From Candidatus Hodarchaeota archaeon (GTDB lineage Archaea > Asgardarchaeota > Heimdallarchaeia > Hodarchaeales > Hodarchaeaceae), in NCBI GenBank assembly GCA_029856365.1, contig JAHQWW010000105.1, positions 1 to 13,406 on the forward strand: 13,406 nt of DNA, written 5' to 3'. The position numbers were made by a program, and so were the translations under genes. A model generated the notes under the pieces. That model did no database searches. It was not told the DNA's origin and worked only from the letters and a program-made list of their open reading frames with translations. Below, piece by piece: positions 6,993 to 13,406 of this stretch (positions are counted from its first letter, which is position 1; every line of letters starts with the position of its first letter).

Positions 6993-9900
6993 ATGTGTGG
7001 TAAAACGATGAAAAAAAAGATTTTAAGTATTTTATTGCTAATACTCCTTAATCTTAATGTATTTTTCACTGTTGGTTTTTCTCAGTCAGTTGACAAGGCA
7101 GTACTGGATAATAATACAGAACTATCTCAAGAGAGATTCTCTAAAGATCTTTTTGATGTGGAACGGGAAATTAAAGCCATAGAAGATCCAATATATCCTT
7201 CTTCTCCGTCAAATTTTCAACTAGGTCCATTAAATACAAATAATTTCTCAGCTGCTCCTTCTCTTTCAATAAAAGATCAAGAGCGATCCATGATTATCAA
7301 TATTGATTTAGAGAAACAGGTGGTCTCTCCTGGAACACCCCTCAACTATGTTATTCAAGTGACCCAAGGACTCGAACCTGTGCGTTATGAGACTTTACTC
7401 TTAGAAATTATTAAAGGGGAATACTGGGGTTGGTACTTTTATTGGTTAGAAGATTATACTCCATATGAAAACCGCACAGTTTGGAGTGACCTGATTACAA
7501 CAGATATTGAAGGTGAGTACCAAGGAAAATTTACTCCTCCTTCCTCTGGCCGTTATTCCATTCTGGTTCATTCATCATCTACAGGTTACGTTCAAGAAAT
7601 TAGATCTTTTACTGTGGCTAATATTGCTTTATTTTGGCGTGTTTCGAGTGAATATGTTACTGGAGAAAATCATCAATCTGTTGCATATGTCTTAAATACA
7701 AATGATTTCTCCCCTGTTCCAAATGCGCAAATAGAATTATCTGGGATTACATATAATTATGATTATGATAGTAGTAAGTATGAGATTCAATCTAAACAGT
7801 TATTTTCAGGAGTGTCAAATGACCTAGGAATCGTTGAAATAGATTTTGTACCACTTAATAGCATTTCAGAGAATTATAACTTTCTAGCTAATCTCAGTGC
7901 TAGTTATAATGGCGAAACAATCTATATATCACGTGATATTTACCGAGGGGGGTATTACTGGGGATGGGATGGTTACAGTGAATATCAAAAATATGATTTC
8001 ATTGTAACAACCGATAAACCAATTTATTCCCCAGGTGAAACCATCCAAACTCGAATTCTTCTTTGGGAAAATGATTATCTAAAAGTAACTAAGGAACCTG
8101 CACAAACTTCCTTTATTCTGAAATTTCTATCTCCTTCTCAACACATTTTGCTTCATCGTCAAGTCACAACTAATTCCTATGGAGTTGCAACATATTCTTT
8201 CACGTTAGATACTGATAGTGAATTGGGAAGTTATTCCATTGTTACTCAAAAAGAAGATGTTGTTAGTTCTTTGCCAATCCGGGTTGATAAATATGAAAAA
8301 CCATCCTTTCGTGTTACACTAGGATTAGATCATGAATATGTTGCTCCAGGGGGAAAAGTCTCTGGCAATGTGACTGCAGAATACTACTTTGGAAAACCAG
8401 TCGCAAACAGTGAAGTTAAACTTACTATTGGAGATATAGATGTTCTTACTGGCATAACTGATATAGATGGATTTTGGGAATTTGAATACAGATTACCTAG
8501 TAAATCAACTCTCGAAGGTATGAGTGCAATTCCAATTAATGTAACAGTGATTGACACAGTGGGTCGAGAGGTTACAAGTTCCTCAGCAGTTCAGATTACA
8601 GATGAGGTTTATGTATGGGCTTATATCAATCCATGGTTTCCAAAAATAGGCGAAAATGTAACAGTCTACTTTGGTGCGTATCAATATTCGGAACGGGATT
8701 GGTCGTGGTGGAATTGGCGAGCTTTGACGAATGTAAAGGTGGAAGTTAAGTTATACGGGGTGTATTCTGATACTGATTTCCAATTAATTACCACTCTGAA
8801 ATCTAAAACAGATCTTAACGGCCAAGGTCAAATAGAAATTGATCTACCTCCTAAAATTCTAACTTCCTTTAACAGATTCAAGGGAGTCGTAGAAGTGAAC
8901 GCTGGCGATGGCAGAAAAGGATCATCAACATTTTACTTCACTGTTGATAGAAATTCAGTTGAAGTTAATCTTGGTACTAGTACCTATAAAGCAGGAGATA
9001 AGATTGAATTCGAGGTATTCATTCAAAACGTGGTTTCAAACACTCCCATTGATGGTAGCTTACAATTCCGAATTTTTGATTCTGATTATGACTTAATAGG
9101 AGAAGATATTCAGGATATTTCATCCCAAGGTGGTATTGTTAAATTTCAGCTGTCCTCCTTCGCTCCAAATGGTAAATATGTCATTTATTGTTACTTAGAA
9201 ACAACATATGATAGTGAATATGGTTCATGGACTTACTATAGGTTTTCAAAATCAGTTGAATTTCATGTTGGGGCTACTTACGAAATTTCTCTCACCGCTG
9301 ATAAGACCCATTATTCTTTAGCAGATAGTATTTCCATTTCTGGGCAGATTCAAGGTCAAACTCATGCTTCAGTGATGGTTCAATTCGTTAAAAAAGGAAT
9401 AGTAGTCACTGAGTATATTGATGTTTCTTCTACAACAATTTTTAATGTTAAAATCCAGAATATTCAATTCCTTGCCCCTCGCTTCTGGGTATATTCATTT
9501 GCTATCTTGGACGATGGTACCATTCTTGAAGCTTCCTTAAGCTTAGAGATCGACACCACACTTTTAGTGGAAGTGAGTTCCGATAAATCTGTGTACGAAC
9601 CAGGAGACACGGCCAAGATCAGTATCGAGATTCTTGATTCTAAAAACAAGGCTCTTCCTGCTGTTCTGGTTGTTTCGTTCATTGATAGTTCAGTATTTGG
9701 AGTTCAAGCAGACCCTGAAGCAGAACAAGAATATTTCAATGAACAAGAATACTGGCCTTCGGTATGGACAGTTGTTTCATGGAAGAGTCAGCAAAGATAC
9801 TGGTGGTTCTGGTGGTACGACATCTATCCTATCAGAAGGGGGGGATTCTTCGGCTATTATATGGAAGATGTAGCCTATAATCAAGAGTATGCTGAAATGG

Positions 9901-12900
9901 ATGAGGGCCAACCAGTTCCTGGATCTAATACACGGAAAGATAGCGCTGATGAGGCATCTACTCAAACAAAGCGAGAAATTCGGGATAACTTACCTGAAAA
10001 TGCTTATTGGAGTCCTTTAGTAATTGTGGAAGAGGGATATTTTGAGATGGATTTGCTCTTACCTGATACCATTGGTGAATGGACTGTACGAGTGGTAGCT
10101 ACTACGCAATCAGGACAAGGAATTTTGCATAAATACTCCTTTAAAACATTTCTTCCCTTTTTCGTTGAGATCAATAAAGAACCTTTTGTTTTACAGGATG
10201 ATGTGTTTATTATCAAAGGGATTGTATATAATTACCTTGACGAGCAAAATGACGTTGCCATCACTCTTGAGATTGAAACTGAAGTTGGAATACTTGTATT
10301 AGGGCGAAATATCCAAACTTTAAGGCTTCCAAGTGGATTCTTAGGATCTATCGGTTGGGCATGTTTAGCCCAAGAAGTTGGTTTCTTTAATATCACACTT
10401 TATGGTAATACCTTGGTAGAGGGGACTAATTATCAAGATGCCATCCGAAAACGTTTAGAGGTCGTTCCTAATGGAGTTACATCTGAAGTTAAGGCTAGTG
10501 GTTTTGTTTTTAGCGATCCAAGCTTTTCATATATCCGTTATTCAGAAACAGTCCAACAATCTGAGTTTCTTGAGCTTTCACTTGGCTTAGGATCAATAGC
10601 CCTCACATCATGGGAGAGATTGGTAAAATATCCTTATGGATGTACAGAACAAACGATTTCTTGTCTTATTCCTGATGCTTTAGTCTTGAAATACCTTGAT
10701 GAAACAGAGCAACTCACTAACAATACAGAAGAAACAATTCGAGATATGATTGTATCAGGATTATCTCGTCTTTATAGTCAACAACACAATGATGGAGGTT
10801 GGGGATGGTGGTACGATGATTCCTCCCGTCTATATATGACCAGTCTAGTCCTTTATGGCTTAGGAATGGTAAATAAAAGTGGATTCTATATTGACCCCAA
10901 TGTAGTTACGAATGCTATTAACATGATAAGTGTTCATCAGAATTCCGATGGTTCTTGGACACCTGATTCTTGGAGAGGAGTAGATCAAACATCATTCACC
11001 GCTTTTGTTCTAAGATCAATTTTACAGTGGAATAATTTGTATGAGTCTAGTTCTATATCAAAAGCACTGAGCTATATTACCAATGCTTGGAATGACGACA
11101 ATAAACGTTCTACATACTTAGCTAGTTTATATTTGGATAGTGTTCCTGGATCAGGATTTGGTCAATCTTCTTTCAAAACAACTCTCATCACTTATTTGAC
11201 GAATGAAGCTCAATTTTCTTCTGATGGTTATTATTATTGGACTTATACCACAGATGGGCAATACTGGCGAGCACTAGGAGGTGATGTTGAAATAACAGCT
11301 TTAGCTTTGAAGGCATTAGTTGAAAATGATCCCGCTGCTTTAATGCCAATCATTCGTTCAGCAGTTCAATGGTTGTTACAGCGTCAATCTTGGTATGGGT
11401 GGGGTAATACAGCTGATACTGCTGCAGCAATTTCCGCGATTGTGGCTCTTAGTCAAAGTGAAGTAAGCTCTGATGAGGATGCAGAAGTCACTCTAATTGT
11501 CAATGACAATATAATTGGGAGCTATGATCTCTCAATTTCCTCTCAACCTACAATCTATCTAGATCTGGAACAATATTTTGTTATAGGTGAGAATTTCATT
11601 GAACTGGAGAAACAAGGGCTGGGTAATGTGAGTTACTACTTTTATGGAAACCAGATACTTCGAAGCTTGCCTTCTATTGAACTCCCAACTGAAATAAGCA
11701 GTGTTATTGGTCAACAAGTCACCCTTCCTTTAACATTAACACCTACTTCCCCACAGATTTTTGCTTACAATTTATCAGTTATTCCACTTGATGGGGATCT
11801 CACACCAATGATTAATCTTCCTCAGTCAATTAACCAGCTTACTCAGCAAACAATAGTCAAATTTAATTATACAACTCCCTCTCAAACAGGCACATATGAA
11901 ATTCTTGGATTTGAAATCTCTTATCAATTATCAAATTTGGATAAAACAGAGTTTTCGCCTGGAATCATAACTCGAAGATACGGTCCTGTTCAGCTTACGG
12001 TTTCTAACTCAGCTTCAGCTGTTATTTTAAACATTCCTTCACTTTCTGACCCCTCTTTGACAACTAATATTGAAAAACCAAGTATACAAATCAGGAGTTC
12101 AAATGGGCTTGAATTATCACGAAGTTATTCACAGATGAAAGGTTTTCAAAAAGGGGATCTTGTCTTTGTTACTTTAACTATCACTAATACGGAGCAGACT
12201 GAGAATTTTCTTATGGTAGAAGACTATATTCCAGTTGGTTTCGAGCTTGATAAAAGCACTATTAAACATCCAGCAGAAACTTATGAGATTACTACATCTG
12301 GAATAACTTTTTTCTTCCCTGAATTAAAAGCTGGAACCATAGAGGTTAGTTATGGGCTGATTGCAATGAATGTTCGACAGTCTCTTGTATCTCCCGCGAA
12401 ATTATCAAGTATGTATGATGAGTGGGAAGTTACTAGTTTACCAACAATCCTAGGAGATGCTCGCATTTCAATAAACTCCTCTACTGGTGCAGTGGTACAG
12501 GATCTCGAACTGCCTATACTTGAAAAAGTATCTGTCGAAGAAGTTTTACTCGCATCTAAAGGTGTGTTGGACGTAGAAGTAGTAGCTTTAGATAACTGGG
12601 GAATTGCGAGTGTTAGAATCTTTATTAAACAATCTTCATGGAATGTATTTGAATGTTCAAAAGAAACCGATGAATGGAGAACCATAGCAACAGGACTCAG
12701 TGATGGTGACAGTCAAATTTACCTAGAAATAATTGATTTTGCTGGAAATGTCTTGGTTAGTGATCCATTTTCCAAATACATTGAAATTGAAGATCTTTTT
12801 GTTCCCGAAAAGATTCTACCCGTCTTAGGACTAATTAGTGTTGCATTGGTCACAGGAATAGCAGCAGGAGTCGCGTCTGGGATGTACCTAAGAAAGAAGC

Positions 12901-12908
12901 GCAGCTAA
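6993..12908 (+). CDS. Alpha-2-macroglobulin/complement-family thioester-containing protein; secreted, C-terminal transmembrane anchor, 1971 aa (true start may be ATG 7008)
   Basis: Signal peptide MKKKILSILLLILLNLNVFFTVGFS. MG-domain signatures TDKPIYSPGE, KYEKPSFRV, AEYYFGKPV, SDKSVYEPGD. Post-bait motifs IRDNLPENAYW, LPDTIGEW, PFFVEI. Thioester motif YPYGCTEQ (GCTEQ at 10638-10652). TED motifs QHNDGGWGWW, QNSDGSW, DVEITALAL, WLLQRQ...NTADT. Last MG domain GDLV...VEDYIPVGFE...SMY. Terminal TM helix followed by RKKRS. Confidence 0.95.
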   Translation: MCGKTMKKKILSILLLILLNLNVFFTVGFSQSVDKAVLDNNTELSQERFSKDLFDVEREIKAIEDPIYPSSPSNFQLGPLNTNNFSAAPSLSIKDQERSMIINIDLEKQVVSPGTPLNYVIQVTQGLEPVRYETLLLEIIKGEYWGWYFYWLEDYTPYENRTVWSDLITTDIEGEYQGKFTPPSSGRYSILVHSSSTGYVQEIRSFTVANIALFWRVSSEYVTGENHQSVAYVLNTNDFSPVPNAQIELSGITYNYDYDSSKYEIQSKQLFSGVSNDLGIVEIDFVPLNSISENYNFLANLSASYNGETIYISRDIYRGGYYWGWDGYSEYQKYDFIVTTDKPIYSPGETIQTRILLWENDYLKVTKEPAQTSFILKFLSPSQHILLHRQVTTNSYGVATYSFTLDTDSELGSYSIVTQKEDVVSSLPIRVDKYEKPSFRVTLGLDHEYVAPGGKVSGNVTAEYYFGKPVANSEVKLTIGDIDVLTGITDIDGFWEFEYRLPSKSTLEGMSAIPINVTVIDTVGREVTSSSAVQITDEVYVWAYINPWFPKIGENVTVYFGAYQYSERDWSWWNWRALTNVKVEVKLYGVYSDTDFQLITTLKSKTDLNGQGQIEIDLPPKILTSFNRFKGVVEVNAGDGRKGSSTFYFTVDRNSVEVNLGTSTYKAGDKIEFEVFIQNVVSNTPIDGSLQFRIFDSDYDLIGEDIQDISSQGGIVKFQLSSFAPNGKYVIYCYLETTYDSEYGSWTYYRFSKSVEFHVGATYEISLTADKTHYSLADSISISGQIQGQTHASVMVQFVKKGIVVTEYIDVSSTTIFNVKIQNIQFLAPRFWVYSFAILDDGTILEASLSLEIDTTLLVEVSSDKSVYEPGDTAKISIEILDSKNKALPAVLVVSFIDSSVFGVQADPEAEQEYFNEQEYWPSVWTVVSWKSQQRYWWFWWYDIYPIRRGGFFGYYMEDVAYNQEYAEMDEGQPVPGSNTRKDSADEASTQTKREIRDNLPENAYWSPLVIVEEGYFEMDLLLPDTIGEWTVRVVATTQSGQGILHKYSFKTFLPFFVEINKEPFVLQDDVFIIKGIVYNYLDEQNDVAITLEIETEVGILVLGRNIQTLRLPSGFLGSIGWACLAQEVGFFNITLYGNTLVEGTNYQDAIRKRLEVVPNGVTSEVKASGFVFSDPSFSYIRYSETVQQSEFLELSLGLGSIALTSWERLVKYPYGCTEQTISCLIPDALVLKYLDETEQLTNNTEETIRDMIVSGLSRLYSQQHNDGGWGWWYDDSSRLYMTSLVLYGLGMVNKSGFYIDPNVVTNAINMISVHQNSDGSWTPDSWRGVDQTSFTAFVLRSILQWNNLYESSSISKALSYITNAWNDDNKRSTYLASLYLDSVPGSGFGQSSFKTTLITYLTNEAQFSSDGYYYWTYTTDGQYWRALGGDVEITALALKALVENDPAALMPIIRSAVQWLLQRQSWYGWGNTADTAAAISAIVALSQSEVSSDEDAEVTLIVNDNIIGSYDLSISSQPTIYLDLEQYFVIGENFIELEKQGLGNVSYYFYGNQILRSLPSIELPTEISSVIGQQVTLPLTLTPTSPQIFAYNLSVIPLDGDLTPMINLPQSINQLTQQTIVKFNYTTPSQTGTYEILGFEISYQLSNLDKTEFSPGIITRRYGPVQLTVSNSASAVILNIPSLSDPSLTTNIEKPSIQIRSSNGLELSRSYSQMKGFQKGDLVFVTLTITNTEQTENFLMVEDYIPVGFELDKSTIKHPAETYEITTSGITFFFPELKAGTIEVSYGLIAMNVRQSLVSPAKLSSMYDEWEVTSLPTILGDARISINSSTGAVVQDLELPILEKVSVEEVLLASKGVLDVEVVALDNWGIASVRIFIKQSSWNVFECSKETDEWRTIATGLSDGDSQIYLEIIDFAGNVLVSDPFSKYIEIEDLFVPEKILPVLGLISVALVTGIAAGVASGMYLRKKRS

Positions 12909-12936
12909 TCTCTTCTTCTCCCCCACCTTTTTATTA
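12909..12936. terminator. 28-bp gap between convergent genes; pyrimidine/T-rich on the + strand, probable terminator of the thioester gene
   Basis: The gap reads tctcttcttctcccccacctttttatta. The minus-strand gene ends with three tandem TAA codons (12931-12939). Confidence 0.4.
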
Positions 12937-13406
12937 TTATCGCTCCTGTTCTGAAACAACAGACCGAATCTTTTTCAATTCAGTTAACATTTGTTTACGA
13001 AGAATAGCAATTCCTGTTGCGCGATCTTCTTCACGTTGTCCTTTAGGTTGAGATAAAGGGCTCGGAGAAGGTATTGAACTAGGTTTAGAAATTGATGGAA
13101 ACGAAATTTTTGGGATAGTTGGAGGTGTAATTTCACTTTTCGGGGATTCAATAGGTGCAGGAGTAGGAGAAGGTGCCGATGGAATTTCCTTTGGTTCGTC
13201 TGGCTTTTCAGGAAAGGAAAAACTAATTTTAGGACGGGTTATCGACTGTTCCGAGGGAATGGTTGGAGGTGAGGGTTTAGCATCAGGTGAAGGTTCTGTA
13301 ATTGGTGGTGTAGAAGGTTGTGGGGTAGTGGAGGGGGTTTTATGAATAATAGGACGTAGTGATGGAGTTTCAACAACTTCAACACTAGGAGTTGGCAATT
13401 CATCAG
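12937..13406 (-). CDS. C-terminal part of a Pro/Ser/Thr-rich disordered protein ending in an amphipathic helix (WH2-like); 5' end lies outside the window
   Basis: The frame stays open past the track's TTG at 13398 (…DELPTPSV…) to the window edge. About 120 aa of P/S/T/E/K low-complexity sequence is followed by EEDRATGIAILRKQMLTELKKIRSVVSEQER*. Confidence 0.8.
   Translation of the reverse strand, partial: DELPTPSVEVVETPSLRPIIHKTPSTTPQPSTPPITEPSPDAKPSPPTIPSEQSITRPKISFSFPEKPDEPKEIPSAPSPTPAPIESPKSEITPPTIPKISFPSISKPSSIPSPSPLSQPKGQREEDRATGIAILRKQMLTELKKIRSVVSEQER

Noticed and set aside
6993-7085. Lipoprotein anchoring via the Cys in MCGKT
   Set aside because: The Cys precedes the hydrophobic region and there is no lipobox after it. 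The likely start at 7008 excludes it altogether.
976-12685. Small ORFs (61-111 aa) overlapping the four long plus-strand genes
   Set aside because: All lie largely within well-supported genes, in antisense or alternative frames, and show no recognisable motifs.
1-13406. All six genes forming one functional system (e.g. protease trap plus peptidase feeding module)
   Set aside because: Orientations are mixed, terminators and promoters appear separate, and functions are unrelated. Nothing in the sequence links them beyond adjacency; synteny data would be needed.
12937-13406. ESCRT-III subunit with MIM1/MIM2 motifs
   Set aside because: The terminal helix lacks the Arg of the LxxRLxxL(K/R) consensus, the Pro-rich tract is much longer than typical, and no Snf7 core is visible. 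It cannot be fully excluded because the N-terminus is outside the window.
1-13406. tRNA, rRNA or CRISPR array
   Set aside because: Intergenic gaps are short and AT-rich, with no cloverleaf or regularly spaced direct repeats seen.

Overview
AT-rich, gene-dense window that looks like an archaeal chromosome: GGTG(A)-type ribosome-binding sites, oligo-T terminators and a PolB with the archaeal uracil-sensing pocket. An Asgard/Heimdallarchaeia-like host is plausible but is inference only. Six genes are present. (1) The 5' part of a metal-dependent amidohydrolase on the minus strand, missed by the ORF track. (2) An unknown multi-pass membrane protein with a possible internal duplication. (3) An MFS transporter fused to a C-terminal DUF47/PhoU-like domain. 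(4) A catalytically intact family-B DNA polymerase lacking two normally conserved tyrosines. (5) A 1971-aa secreted, C-terminally membrane-anchored alpha-2-macroglobulin/complement-like thioester protein with an intact GCTEQ motif. (6) The 3' end of a convergent Pro-rich protein ending in a WH2-like helix-LKKI motif. No RNA genes, CRISPR arrays or mobile elements were seen. The strongest leads are the archaeal surface thioester protein, the MFS-DUF47 fusion and the Pro-rich/WH2-like protein.
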